DNA of 62,756 nucleotides, filler included, from Chiloscyllium plagiosum (Eukaryota): the NCBI RefSeq assembly GCF_004010195.1. It is 6 parts of one record of this genome, joined end to end, with 100 filler letters (N's around TTAATTAATTAA, not from the genome) between each part and the next. Parts side by side here need not be neighbours in the genome. Positions count along the whole stretch, not along the records: positions 22,402 to 32,143 come from NC_057714.1; positions 32,244 to 43,094 come from NC_057714.1; 4 more parts are not named here. The stretch is one strand, 5' to 3'. This document shows, in pieces, positions 24,871 to 37,565 of the stretch. Below the pieces are notes generated by a model, which was given only the letters and a program-made list of their open reading frames with translations, ran no database searches and was not told the origin of the DNA. The position numbers and the translations under genes are program-made. How positions within the stretch are numbered: position 1 is the first letter of the stretch; each line of letters opens with the position of its first letter.

Positions 24871-27560
24871 GGAGAAAGTGAGGACTGCAGATGCTGGAGA
24901 TCAGAGCCGAGAGTGTGGTGCTGGAAAAGCACAGCAGATCAGGCAGCATCCGAGGAGCAGGAGAATCAACATTACTGGCATAAGCCCTTCATCAGGAATG
25001 AGGCTTGTGAGCCGAGGGGCTGAGAGATAAATGGGAGGGGCTGGGGGGAAGGTAGCTGGGAATGCAATATGTAGATGAAGGTGGGAGAGAACGTGGTAGG
25101 TCAGAGAGGAGGGTGGAGCAGATAGGTGAGAAAGATGATGGATAGGTCAAGAGGGCAGTGCCAAGTTGGAGACTTGGGACTGGGATAAGCTGGTGGGAGG
25201 TGAAATGGGGTAACTGGTGAAATCCAAATTAGTCCCATGTGGTTGCAGCATCCCAAGACAGAAGATGAGGCGCTCTTCCTCCAGGCATCAGGTGGTAAGG
25301 GTTTGGTGATGGAGGAGGCCAGGACCTGCATGTCCTTGCTGGAATGGGAAGGGGAGTTGAAGTGTTCAGCCACTGGGCGGTGGGGTTGGTTGTTGCGGGT
25401 GTCCCAGAGATGTTCTCTGAAATGATCCACAAGTTGGCGGTCTGTCTCCCCGATGTACAGGAGACCACATCAGGTGCAAGGGGTAGAGTAGATGATATTG
25501 GTGGAGGTACAGGTAAATTTCTGTTGGATGTGGAAGGATCCTTTGGGTCTTTGGGCAGAGGTGAGGGGGTAGGTGTCGGAGCAGGTTTTGCAGTTCCTTT
25601 GCGATGGCAGGGTAAGAGTCATAAAGTCACAGAGATGTACAGCATGGAAACAGGCCCTTTGCTCCAACCCGTCTATGCCGACCAGATATCCCAGCCCAAT
25701 CTAGTCCCAACTGCCAGCACCTGGCCCATATCCCTCCAAAGCCTTCCTATTCACATAGCCATCCAAATACCTCTTAAATGTTGCAATTGTACCAGCCTCC
25801 ACCACTTCCTCTGGCAGTTCATTCCATACTCGTATCACCCTCTGTGTGAAAAGTTTCTTTTACATCTTTCCCCTCTCACCCTAAACCTATGCCCTCTAAT
25901 TCTGGACTTCATGACCCCAGGGAAAAGACTTTGCCTATTTACCCTATCCACGGTCCTCATAATTTTACAAACCTCTATAAGGTCACCCCTCAGCCTCCGA
26001 TGCTCCAGGGAAAACAGCCCCAGCCTGTTCAGCCTCTCCCTATAGCTCAAATCCTCCAACCCTGGCAACATCCTTGTAAATCTTTTCTGAACCCTTTTTA
26101 GTTTCACAACATCTTTCCGATAGGAAGGAGACCAGAATTGCACACAATATTCCAACAATGGCTAACCAATGTCCTGTACAGCTGCAACATGACCTCCCAA
26201 CTCCTGTACTCAATACTCTGACCAATAAAAGAAAGCATACCAAATGCCTTCTTCACTGTCCTATCTGGCTACAACTCCACTTTCAGGGAGCTATGAACCT
26301 GCACTCTAAGGTCTCTTTGTTCAGCAACACTCCCTAGACCTTACCATTAAGTGTATAAGTCCTGCTAAGACTTGCTTTCCCAAAATGCAGCATCTTGCAT
26401 TTCTCTGAATTAAACTCCACCTGCCACTTCTCAGCCCATTGGCCCATCTGGTCAAGATCCTGTTGTAATTGGAGGTAACCCTCTTCGCTGTCCACTACAC
26501 CTCCAATTTTGGTGTCATCTGCACACTTACTAACTGTACCTCTTATGCTCGCATCCAAATCATATATGTAAATGACAAAAAGTAGAGGACCCAGCACCAA
26601 TCCTTGTGGCACTCCACTGATCATAGGCTTCCAGTCTGAAAAACAACCCTCCACCACCACACTCTGTCTTCTATGTTTGAGCCAGTTCTGTATCCAAATG
26701 GCTAGTTCTCCCTGTATCCTGTGAGAGCTAACCTTGCTAATCAGTCTCCCATGGGGAATCCTGTCGACTGCCTTACTGAAGTCCATATAGATCACATCTA
26801 CCACTCTGCCCTCATCAATCCACTTTGTACTTCTTCAAAAACTCAATCAAGTTTGTGAGATATAATTTCCCATGCGCATAGCCATGTGCATGCCATGAGT
26901 GGGATGAGGGATGATGGGAGGCATGAATCTGACAAGGGAATCAAGGAATGCTGATATGGGTGGGGAGAGAAATACATCCTTAGTGGTGAAGTCTGTTTGT
27001 AGGTGGCGGAAGTGGCAGACGATGATGTAATATATATGGAGGCTGATGGGGTAAAAGGTGAGGACAGGGGGTCCTGTCCTTGTTGCGTTAGTGGATTGGG
27101 GTTCATGGGCAGAGGCACGGGAAATGGAGGAAATGTGTTGGAGGGCATCGTCAACCACATGGAAGGGGAAATTGTGGTCTTGGAAGAAGGAGGCCATCTG
27201 GGATTTTCAATTTTGGAATTGGTCCTCCTGGGAACTGATGTGGCGGAGGCAGAGTAATTGGGAGTAAGATTATTCCATTTCCACTGCACCCACATTATCC
27301 CAGTCCTAAGCCTCCAACTTGGCACTGCCCCCTTGACCTGTCCATTGTCTTTTCCAACTATCAACTTCTCTCCTCTCTCACCTGTCACCTTCTCCCTCAC
27401 CTTCATCTACCTATTGCATTCCCAGCTATCTTACCCCCAGCCGCATTCCCCTCCCATTTATCTCCCAGCCTCCTGGCCCACCAGCCTAATTCCTGATGAA
27501 GGACTTATGCCCATAATATTGATTCTCCTGCTCCTCGGATGCTTTCCAGCATTACATGCT
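24871..27560 (-). mobile_element. PLE (family A parent type): terminal repeat, GIY-YIG, RT C-terminus and inverted terminal repeat, split by a CR1 insertion
   Basis: Terminal repeat with CTGATGA on the - strand near 24990. FTCTSTNIIY...FREHL...VAEHFNSPSHS at 25230-25610 and MASFFQDHNFP..VVDDAL at 26900-27260. A + strand copy of the terminal repeat lies at ~27280-27560 with CTGATGA at 27493-27499. Confidence 0.85.
25615..26880 (-). mobile_element. CR1 (HER1-like) RT to 3' tail nested in the PLE
   Basis: DVIYMDFSKA, GVPQGLVLGP, KCADDTK, LEYCVQFWSP and RRLRGDLIE. Confidence 0.93.
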
Positions 27561-28199
27561 CAGCTCATAGAAAAGATAATCATTGTTTATTTATTAAACT
27601 GTGAAAGACAGGAAACTGCCATTTTGGTTTCAGAAGTGTTGGTGTTGCCCATGCTTTTGATACCAGTTTATCTATTCAAAAAACCTTATCCACGTGCTTT
27701 TGTTGATGAGGTGGACGAAGAAACACAGAACCAGTTTATCTTTCAACTAAATTTTGTGAACAAAACATTCTTTATCAAAGCATTATGTGAGCATTTCTCA
27801 AGTTCCCATAATATTTGCTCTCTGTCTATTAGTGTCTGTCTAGGAGAGGATATTTCCCACAATAATGAATGTGTTTGAGCTCTGCCATTTGAATCTCCTT
27901 CCTCTCCAATTTCGTCCTGGCTCTCTCTGAAGTTGGATCTCTCAGATCAGGGTAAATCTTCTTCAGGGGCTTTTTGGGTTAAAGCATGGTCTGCTTCCAT
28001 AAGTCTTCACTGAAGGGTAGAATCCAGGTGTGCATTCTTCTTTCTCCTTGTCCCTGATTTTCCAAAATGATCTGTGGGCTTTGGTGAATGGGGCTATGAT
28101 CTGGATTCAAGTCATCCAATGGGGTTGCCATGCTGGGAAGGTGACCCCATGCACCACAATCAGTGAAGATAGACAACAGCACATTTTCTACAATAGTCC

Positions 28200-29127
28200 A
28201 GAATACTAGCGTCCCCGCAGGGATGCGTACTCAACCCTTTACCGCACTCCCTGTACACTCATGACAGTATGGCCATATTCTATCCGAACTCCATCTACAA
28301 GTTCACTGAAAACATCACCATTGTAGGTCAAATATCAAACAATGAGACAATCCAGGAAGGAGATAGAATGCTTGGTGTCGTGGTGCAAAGATAACAATCT
28401 CCAAGCAAAACTAAACTGCTGATCATCGACTTCAGGAAGAAAAGAGGAGGATACAGCCCTGTCTAAATCAATGGAGCTGTGGTGGAGATGGTCAAGAGCA
28501 TCAAGTTCCTAGGAGTGACCACCATCAACAATCTGTCCTGGACCTCCCACGTAGAAGTGATGGTCAAGAAGACATAACAACGTTGTCTCTTCAGGAGGCT
28601 AAGGGAATTTGGCATAAACATAAGCACTCTCCCCAACTTTTACAGACACATCACAGAAAGCATTCTGTCTAGGTGCACTGTGGCTTAGTACAGCAACTGC
28701 TCTGCCCAGGACCATAAGAAACTCCTGAAAGTTGTGAATACAAGCCAGTCTCCCATCCATGAACTCCACTGTGGACCCTCATTGCCATGGAAAAGCAGCC
28801 AACATCATTATAGACCCTTCCCACCCCAGTTACAATCACTTCCAAACTCTTTTGTCAGGCAGAATTTACAAAAGCTTAAACACGCATCCCAACAGATTTA
28901 TGAATAGCTTCTTCTCTGCTGTTATTAGACAGCTGAATGGATCTCTCAAATTTCAAATTTAATGTTGATCTTGCTTTTGCACACTTCATCTGCAGGCATA
29001 ACTTTGTATACATCAATCTGTTCATCCTATGTTCTGTATGCTCTTGTATATTAGGATCTGCCTGTACTGCATGTAAAACAAAACATCTTTCTGTACTTAG
29101 GTACATTTGACAATAATAAATCAAATA
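28200..29127 (+). mobile_element. Rex1/Babar-type LINE, 3' portion, decayed
   Basis: VPAGCVLNPL..SLYTHD, IYKFTE, KTKLLIIDFRK and KAANIIIDPSHP. Ends GGTACATTTGACAATAATAAATCAAAT. Confidence 0.8.
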
Positions 29128-30296
29128 CACATACTCAGGCAGTCAAGATGCCAGAACATCTGATCGATATCTCTCAAATACATAATCCTCAGGCTGATTG
29201 CAACTGGTTCCTCTCAAGCTCTTGTAACCTCGTTAATCTCGGTTTCCACTGTCCTCTATAGCTGGTAGCTGCTGGAGGCTGTTTAATTTAGTTTGTCCAA
29301 TCTTCTGTCAGGCCTGATTTCTCCGGCTGTAGGTCAGTTTAGAATTTTGAGCCTGCAGTCACTTGACCACAGTCTTTTGTTGACACCTTGACGTATCGGG
29401 TGAAAACGGGATGACAGACTCAGACCACGTTCTCGTGCAGGCATATATCAAGTCTCAGACTGATCTCCCTGAGTATCTGGGATTCCCCAACGGACACTGG
29501 CAATACCTTGTACACTCTGTTCCTCATGTATAACAATAAGCTTAACAGTACTATATATAAATTAACTTAATACATAAATTGAAAATTAGCCACTATTTAC
29601 AAACAATGGCTTGCCCTCAAGTCTCTTTGGCAGTTAGCAGCACTCAATAGAGTCAAATTCATGCTGTGCAACAATTTACACAGTCCTTTTGTCGTGCACT
29701 TTGAATTAATTAATCTCTTGGCTCCCACTCTAGGAGAATCGAGTCCATAGTTAGCTTCTGGATGAGTTTCTTCTTCCAGTGGATTAATTTAACTTTAGTA
29801 TGATGAGGTAGATCAAAGTAAATAGAATGAGCATATAGCCAGGTGTGATCGGAGATGTACACACATGTGGATCTGCACATTTGAGCCCCAGTCCCAGATC
29901 TCACTCCACCAATTAGTCTGATTTCCCTGATATCTGTTTGAATTTGCTCTGGGTGCTGAATAATAGCAGTAAAACTTTATGTGCACTTGTCAGTTATGTC
30001 TGGATCTGTTGTAATTTTTTCTGGTAAGTGTTCAATGCCAGTGTCATACTTTTCTCAGTAATCCCCAATAATTGTCAAAGATCTCACGGCTCCTGTGGAC
30101 GTCTGTGAACTCAATGAGGTCTACCCTGGTTGGTATATGTGGCCTAATACAGAAGATGGTGTTTGGATGTTACATGAGAAGATCCTGTGCTCATAGCGCT
30201 TTGGGGAAGTTGTGATGCAGTGTTCTACCTTCCCTCTTAAAGCTACCCTGGTAATGTCCGTGCTCAGGGTCTGAATCTCTCCAGTACAATTTCAAA

Positions 30297-30860
30297 CAGC
30301 ATTTGTCTGAAAATCACATTTGAATGTATGGGATAGGAGCCAACATTTTTTTTTGTCACCTTACATTTATTCAGAGTGGGACCTACAAGGTTTCCCTCTT
30401 TCTCAACAGTGCATGAAAGAGTTGTCTCATTTCTAACCATTCTCCCTCTCAGGTAATGCCGACATCTTCCACCTTGAAGACCTGAAGCCATTTTGGTTTG
30501 AAGTTATGATTAGGATCCCTAGTGCTATCCCGATGGCCTTTCCCGGGTTTCCTTTACAATTGTCGTTAAACCAAACCCTCGTCAGTTGGTGTAATTGACA
30601 AGTCAAAATATTGGGGTGTCTCCTCCTGTAGACCAAGTGCTCCATCACTGACCCAATACAGGGCCTGTCCTTGCTTAGCCTACTCGAAGTTCTCCCTCAA
30701 TTGTTTGATAATGGTTAGAATATGAGACCACTCTTCCATGCTCTGTTGAGAAAGAGGGAAAGCTTGTAGGTCCCACTCTGGGTAAATGTAAGGTGACAAA
30801 AAAAGTAATTGTTGGCTTCTACCCCATACATTCAAATGCGGTTTTCAGACAAAGATGCTG
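30297..30860. repeat. Inverted repeat with ~145-150 bp arms (30297-30441 and 30710-30860)
   Basis: TTTTGTCACCTTACATTTA..CAGAGTGGGACCTACAAG is the reverse complement of CTTGTAGGTCCCACTCTG..TAAATGTAAGGTGACAAAA. Confidence 0.9.
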
Positions 30861-30919
30861 CATGCGCTCCTATTCTGCTGCCTACACTCATCATCTATCT
30901 CTTCCCAGATGATCTTAGT

Positions 30920-31540
30920 TGTTTGATTTAATTTTATTTGATTTGAATTATTTACTGTCGCATGTATTTTGTTACAAAATACAGCGAAAATTGTTGTATA
31001 ATGTCACTCCTCTTCAGTGCCATCTTGAAACTCAGAAAAATAAAACAAAACATAGAATATAAAGACAGTTCTTCTTGTTAAGTGCTGGGCCTTGGACCAT
31101 AGGTCTAGTTTAGTTTCCTGATGAAGGACATATGCCCAAAATGTCGATTCCCCTGCTCCTCGGATGCTGCCTGACCTGCTGTGCTTTTCCAGCAACACAC
31201 TGTCAACATAGGTCCAGTGGCCAGGCAGGATTCCTTTCGTCACTACCAGAACAAAAGTCTTCGGTGCCATCTCACCTCCACCAAATACCTTTTGCCTGTA
31301 TCGACCTCACCAATGCAGACACCACCAATACCACTGGGTGCTGCACTGGCCCAAACTCAACTTCGTCACTGCCATGCGTGCGCGCTGGGCTCACTTGATT
31401 CCATCGCTGCGACTGAGCTCTTTCAACAAATAAACGAGAAAACAAAAATGAGAAAACAGAAAGAAAAAAGAGAAACAAAATGAAAAGTAAGTGGAGTGGA
31501 AGAGCCCTGAGATCCAAAGTTCTACCCCGGCACCATCTTA
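30920..31540 (-). mobile_element. Non-coding element with Rex1-like 3' tail, containing a family A insertion
   Basis: The left end matches the reverse complement of the Rex1 tails and the sequence at 33413-33520. The A-rich interior resembles 1190-1320. Confidence 0.5.
31110..31206 (+). mobile_element. Family A short PLE element, decayed hammerhead, ~12-bp TSD
   Basis: CTGATGA at 31118-31124. Flanks CATAGGTCTAGT (31098-31109) and CATAGGTCCAGT (31207-31218). Confidence 0.8.
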
Positions 31541-31937
31541 CTGCTTATGGTGTTGACATGACCTTCTAATACCAATGCCAGGTATAGGTCTGCCTGATTT
31601 TCTTTCATTCCCCACCTCGGCATCTTGTCAACTGTTCAGGTTAATTTTATCCAAGGTCTGTTTAACTTGCTGGGTTAAAAGTCGGAGTTTAATTTCCAAA
31701 TTAGCTAAATTGGCTGTGGACACTCCTTCTCTGTAAGCTGTTGCCAAATCATTCAAGCTATCTCTTTTACTACGTCCTGCTGGACTGGGTCTAGCCTCCG
31801 CCATGTCAATCCCTGTTTCCCATCCTAATAGCCAATGTGTCAAATACAAGTACAATTTCTAAAGTTGGGAAGGGCTCTGCTCTGACAGCGGGTTCCAGAT
31901 ATATCTAACACCCCTAATACCAGTTCATGGTGTATGT

Positions 31938-32440
31938 TAGATAGAACATAGAAGAATACAGCGCAGTACAGGCCCTTTGGCCCTCGATGTTGCGCCGATC
32001 CAAGCCCACCTAACCTATACTAACCCACTATCCTCCATATACCTATCCAATGCCCGCTTAAATGCCCATAAAGAGGGAGAGTCCACCACTGCTGCTGGCA
32101 GGGCATTCCATGAACTTACGACTCGCTGAGTGAAGAACCTACCNNNNNNNNNNNNNNNNNNNNNNNNNNNNNNNNNNNNNNNNNNNNTTAATTAATTAAN
32201 NNNNNNNNNNNNNNNNNNNNNNNNNNNNNNNNNNNNNNNNNNNTTTCCATGCCCCTGCAGAGTTAGTTTAAACCTCCCCCAAGAGCACTAGCAAACCTCC
32301 CCCCAAGGATACTGGTGCCCCTCAGGTTCAGGTGTAGACCATCCTGTTTATAGAGGTCCCACCGTCCCCAGAAAGAACCCCAGTTATCCAAAAACCGGAA
32401 TCCCTCCCTCCTGCACCATCCCTGTAGCCACGCATGTTGT
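31938..32440 (-). mobile_element. Young CR1 3' tail (31938-32143) and, across the gap, CR1 ORF1 esterase C-terminus (32244-32440)
   Basis: Tail ATAGAACATAGAAGAATACAGCGCAGTACAGGCC is near-identical to the copies at 52757 and 56841. The - strand reads WCRREGFRFLDNWGSFWGRWDLYKQDGLHLN. Confidence 0.8.
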
Positions 32441-33412
32441 CATACAGGCTTTTGCCTGTGTTTTATAAAACCACCCCATTTTGTGGTCATGGGGGCTAGT
32501 CTGAACAAACATCTGGGGGTGTACATCTGTCTATTTTTAGCCCATTTCTAATTTCGTACAGGACACAGCTCAAGTTTTTTGACAATGGTTGTAATTTGAA
32601 ACAAAGTAAATTAGTGAAAAAGGAAGATTTAACAGCCAAGGTCATCATTGAGAGGAATGCATAGACAAGTTAATTAATGATCTCCACAGATGTAACAAGA
32701 AAGCTGGAGATAAGTTATTGGATCTCCATCTCTCTTTATATTCACCATTTGTCTTTATGGTTGAGATAATTGCAGGACTACTGTTTTTCTCTTGACATGT
32801 GATAAGGTTCATAACCTGCAAAAGATTTGTACCTATATTCAATTAGGTCCTATATCTCTGGGTCGTTGTGGTCAAATCAATTACATTTTCTTTCCTGCTA
32901 TACAAATGGGTGCTTGTTATGGTGGACTTTAGGGTCAAGCATGTACAATGGACACAGTATAGCTCTGGGTGATGAAGTTTATGAGGTTTTCAGTGAGGCA
33001 CTGATTGACAAGGGCCTGCTATTTTTGAAGCCTTCAATAGTAGCTCTCTTGTGGCATTGTTTCTATTGTCCCAGGTATTTAGGATCAGGCTAATGGAGAT
33101 GTCAGATCATTTAAGGCAGAGATCTATCCAGCAGACATCTGTGCCTTAGTCATCTCTACCACCCTTTGCTCCAAGGATGATGGAGTCGAGCAGATGTCTT
33201 AGTCTGCCCCATCTGTGTTGAAAAGAGATTATATACCTGTCTCATCAGTGGAACAGAATATTGGTTAATATAGATCACATTTTGGGCATTTTGTTGGAGC
33301 TGGTATTCCCAATTCCTTCCTTGCTCTTCACAACCTTTCAGAGATTAGTATCTTTCCCAACTCTGTTAAAGTCTGTCTCAAAGATTGTCACCTGCTGGAA
33401 GTTGAACTAGGG

Positions 33413-33790
33413 ATTAGATTAGATTGGATTAGATTTATTGTCGCATGTACTGAAATACAGTGAAAAATATTGTTTCATGTGCTATTTGCAAAAGAATCAC
33501 ACTCTCTGGTGCCATCTTGGATCTTTGTTTAAGTAGCATGATGTAACAACAATAATTTTGGTATTTTGTCCAGTTGTTGTTTGTCTAATGGTTCAGTGTC
33601 CACTTGCCTATTTGGTTCACCTTCCTGCTGCTGGATATTGACTGGCTCTTGGTTCCAGGCTCCGCCTCCACTGCCATGTGTGAGCTGGAGCCGGCCATAG
33701 GATGAGTTTCTTCTAGATTTTAAGCACTCACGTTCTCTCTGACTCAGTCTCTGGGTCTGTAAAGCTGCTTTCTCCCTCTCTCTCATGCTC
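33413..33790 (-). mobile_element. Second non-coding element with Rex1-like tail and (GATTA)n microsatellite
   Basis: GATTAGATTAGATTGGATTAGATTTATTGTCGCATGTAC..AATACAGTGAAAA...GCCATCTTG. Confidence 0.5.
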
Positions 33791-33799
33791 TGCCTCTTG

Positions 33800-34400
33800 C
33801 CAGGTTTGTTGTAGAATACCTTGTTTGTAGGAGCATAAGCATTGATAACATGCATTGATTCCTCATTCGGATAAGCTGGGGAATCAAAGGGTGCTTACCT
33901 ATTTCACAGAGGATGTCACTGAGTGCCAGAAAAGCTCACTTCTGATGGTAAACCCCAACTCAAGGAGACATTGTTCGTCTGGAAGTGCCTCCAGAAAATA
34001 GAATGGCCATCACCTTGTTTCTTCAAATGACTGTCTTCTGCAAGTCACTTTTTAGTTTAAGAGGCAATATTGAGATGCACAAGTTCCCAAGCTATGATGA
34101 TAGTGTTACACTCAGGTCTGCCACTGCTGGAGATATCCATGAGGGACCTGATGTTCCAGCTCCCAGACTTCATTTGATGAGAGGACGTGCATTTTTCAAC
34201 ATGGCGTGTTTTTTGCATGCCAATCACTGCACAGTCTGAGAGTGTGATGTTGTTCCTATAGTATGGAAATTACATGATAATTGGAAGCCAAGCTTTGCAG
34301 CTGAACATGAGCACAAATCTGTGTATGGTCATATTCCCCCACATGCAACGAGGACTTGCAATGGCCTACTTCCCTTCACACTTGCCCCACAAGTGCATAT
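33800..34400 (-). mobile_element. RTE-like LINE 5' region / APE endonuclease fragment
   Basis: VINAYAPT..FYN motif, with an upstream GVGF-like segment. Confidence 0.5.
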
Positions 34401-34409
34401 TGTTGCTGC

Positions 34410-34760
34410 TACTGAGCATCAGTGATGGAGAGAGGGGATGTTGGTGGATATAGTACCAACAACTGGGCTGCTTTGTCCTGGATGGTGTCAAGCTTCTTGA
34501 TTGTTGTTGGAGCTTCACTCATCCAGACAAATGGGGAGTCTTCCATCATATTTATGACTTGCACTTGTAAGGCCCTGGCAATGGCTGGTATTTGTCTACA
34601 ACTGACACTCAGTAGCAGCAATATTTCCACCCAAAAGATGCACTTCAGAAATTCTAAACCCATGACCACTTCCATCTAAAAGGACAAAGACAAGGACATG
34701 GCAGCACCACCCCCTGCAAGACCCCTCCCAGCCACTTATCAGCCTGACTTGGAAATATAT
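34410..34760. mobile_element. CR1/L2-related ORF2 C-terminal fragments in opposite orientations
   Basis: The - strand reads MEDSPFVWMSEAPTTIKKLDTIQDKAA. The + strand 34620-34760 resembles the downstream part. Confidence 0.55.
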
Positions 34761-34959
34761 TTATAATATATGCCAGTGTCTGGAATTTGGTTCAGATGGA
34801 GTTGGAGATTTCTAAAATATTAACATTTTGATGCTTTAACTCACCGATTTTTGGGGTTTAAAATTCACTATATTTTATTTAAATTTATATGTATAACCTG
34901 CGTATAATTCAATTCTTCCATTAACGTTTTTAAAATCCTAAAATAAGAATGATTTTAAT

Positions 34960-35420
34960 TTTGATTCCATGATTGGACAGCATTTGCTAAGTAATCATCA
35001 GTGTGCAAATACTGACAACCAACTCAACATTGTTTTGCCACACATGATGTACTTGCACATTCTGGAAGCTCCATATATTAACACACAAGGTCTTGTTCTT
35101 TATAGACAGACGGAGTATACATAAACTCCTGTTTTGGTTCCAACTTGACCAGTAGGTGACAGCCATTCTCTGATTCATTTCTCAGAGCAATACCTCAATT
35201 AGTCAGAGTCGACTTGCCTGATTTAAATTTTAAACAAAATTTGCCAGTTTAATTTCAGTTGTCATCTTATACGTGCATAGCCCTTACCGATCAGTGTTCA
35301 AAATAAGCACTCTCCTCTTGTAAAGTATGAGTACCATTTGCCTTTTACATTTGTTTTTCTTGCAAATTGTTTTGCTGAATGCAAGATGGAAAATATCAAG
35401 AAAATGGTTTTTTTTAAACC
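34960..35420 (+). mobile_element. Old PLE family C C-terminus and terminal repeat
   Basis: DSMIGQHLLSNHQCA..DNQLNIV...HILEAPYI, homologous to the ORF at 58168-58362. Confidence 0.65.
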
Positions 35421-36219
35421 ATACTTGACTTAATTTTCATTTAGCAATATTTTTCCTGCAGAATTTGCATTTTCAGATGCATTTGTGAAGGTGTGAAGTG
35501 ATTCTATGTCTAAAAGGGGCTCTCAACAGACTGGAGAGATTATTAATGAAGAAATCAATTAAGTAAGAAGATAGCAGCTCACACTGTGACCGACCCCTGG
35601 AAAGTCTAGTTGATCTCTGTGGGATCATTCTGTGGTGGTTTCATACAAATACATTTTTAGCCCCAAATTCCCAAATGTGCACAATTTAATTTTTCTTTTG
35701 CAATTTGCATTAATCACTTTACAGCACTCAAAACAAATACAAGAAATGATAAGAATTAAAAGATAAATTCAACTTATCTGATAGTAAAGTAAGTTTGCAT
35801 CTAATTATTTACCTAACTCAATCGTTTCTCTGAATGATTCGATAGTCTTCAGTATAGGTGAGAATGATGGAATTATAGACTGCGCCTGACAATAGCTGGT
35901 ATCCCTTAATTGTACCTAAAGTTCTGCTGGGTTTTAGTATCCCTTGATCTCTCTCTTAATTTCTGTCTGCAAACCAACCTTGTTTTCAATAATAAACAAT
36001 GTATGGTGTGAATACATCTTTCTGATCTTAACCTTCTTATATTTAGTTCTGTTTTCTAACTCTTATTTCCTTTTCAAATATCACTCCTCTCCCAAAGGCA
36101 ATGTCTAAGTGGAAATACATCCTTAGTAGATTTTAAATTGCCTATCATTTGCTTAGATGTCATTAGTTGAGCTAGTATATCTGTTGTCTCTGCAAACCTC
36201 AGACTCATAAGAGCACAGA

Positions 36220-36354
36220 AGGAGGTAAAAACAATGACTGTAGATGCTGGAAACCAGATTCTGGATCAGTGGTGCTGGAAGAGCACAGCAGTTCAGGCAG
36301 CATCCAAGGAGCAGCGAAATCGACGTTTCGGGCAAAAGCCCTTCATCAGGAATG
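36220..36354 (-). ncRNA. Family A variant with intact hammerhead core on - strand
   Basis: Reverse complement CTGATGA-A-GGGC-TTTT-GCCC-GAAA-CGTC (TCATCAG at 36343-36349, TTTC at 36326-36329). Confidence 0.8.
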
Positions 36355-37565
36355 GGTCCATTTGGCCCATTGAACCAATACTTGATCAACTAAAATCTGC
36401 CTACACTAGTATCATTTTCCAGGTCTTGGCCTATCACCTCGGAGGTATGGCAACACAAGTGAATTTTTAAATACGTTTCAAATGTTTTGTGAATTTTTGG
36501 CTCAACTCTTCTGTACAGTGAGTTCCAGACTCCAACCACCCTTTGGGTGAAAAAGGTAATTCTATCTTCGCCATGACCAGATCCCTCAAAATTTACATCC
36601 ACCTGTGACAGGTTCTCTCGCAACCTTTGCTGCGGTTGCTGGGAAAATAACCCCTGTCCATCTGAACTAATCCCTTCTGCACCTTTTCTTCTGCAAACTC
36701 CAAGCTTTAGCAGTGTGGTGACTAGAACCACACACAGTACTGTAGTGCACCCGAGCCGCCGTTTTATATGGTTCCAGTATAATCTCCTGTTCTTGTACTT
36801 TATGCTATGGCTAATAAAGGCAAGTATTCCAAATTCCTCCTTAAGCTTCTTATCTAACTGCCTTGCTATCTTCATGGATCCGTGGCTACACATTGAAGGT
36901 CCCTCTGATCTTCAGTCCTCTCCAGGATCTTACCATTCATAGTGTAATCCCTTGCCTTGTTAGCCCTTCGCAAGAGCATTACCTCATACTTTTCTGGGTT
37001 GAATTCCATTGCTGCTGCTCTGCCCAGTTGACCTGTCTGTTAATATACTCTTGCAGTTTACAGCTTTCCTCTTCACTATTTACCACCATACCAATTTTTC
37101 AGCAGGCTCAAACTTCTTGAACATGATTTGAGTTCAAATCTTTAATATATATTACAATCTGCCAGGGCCATGGCACCAAGTCCTGTGGAATCCCACTGAA
37201 AACAAACTTTCAGCATTCCTCCACCTTCATCCTCTGCTTCCCACCTCTCAGCAAGTTTTGGATCCAACAAGCTACTTTGCCTTGGGTCCCTTAGGCTTTT
37301 TTTTTGACTTGTCTGCCTTGAGACTCCTTATTAAAAGCCTTGCCAATCCCCTCATCAACACTTCTGATTACTTTCTCAAAAAATCAATTTGATTTGTCAA
37401 ACATGAGATTCCTTTACCAATCTACGCTAACTATCACTGATTAATCAGAGTTTCTTCAAGTGCAGATATATGCTGTCCCTCAGCATGTTTTCAAATAACT
37501 TCCCCAACCAACAAGGTTACTCTCTGTAATTTTCTCGTCTATCCCTCTTCCCTTTTGTAACAATG

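Larger units (their letters stand above)
29750..31860 (-). pseudogene. Fragmented endogenous retrovirus/LTR-element envelope (class I fusion glycoprotein) fossil
   Basis: In order on the - strand: RSKR (31763-31774) then DSLNDLATAY..GVSTANLANLE, LRENFE*AKQGQ..W, Cys-rich NCTGEIQ..HCITT..SCNI, NWWSEIWDWG, and hydrophobic ILFTLIYLIILK. Confidence 0.6.

Noticed and set aside
27258..27878. 206-aa ORF with hydrophobic stretches
   Set aside because: It reads through a pyrimidine-rich PLE terminal repeat into unrelated DNA and has no recognisable domain.
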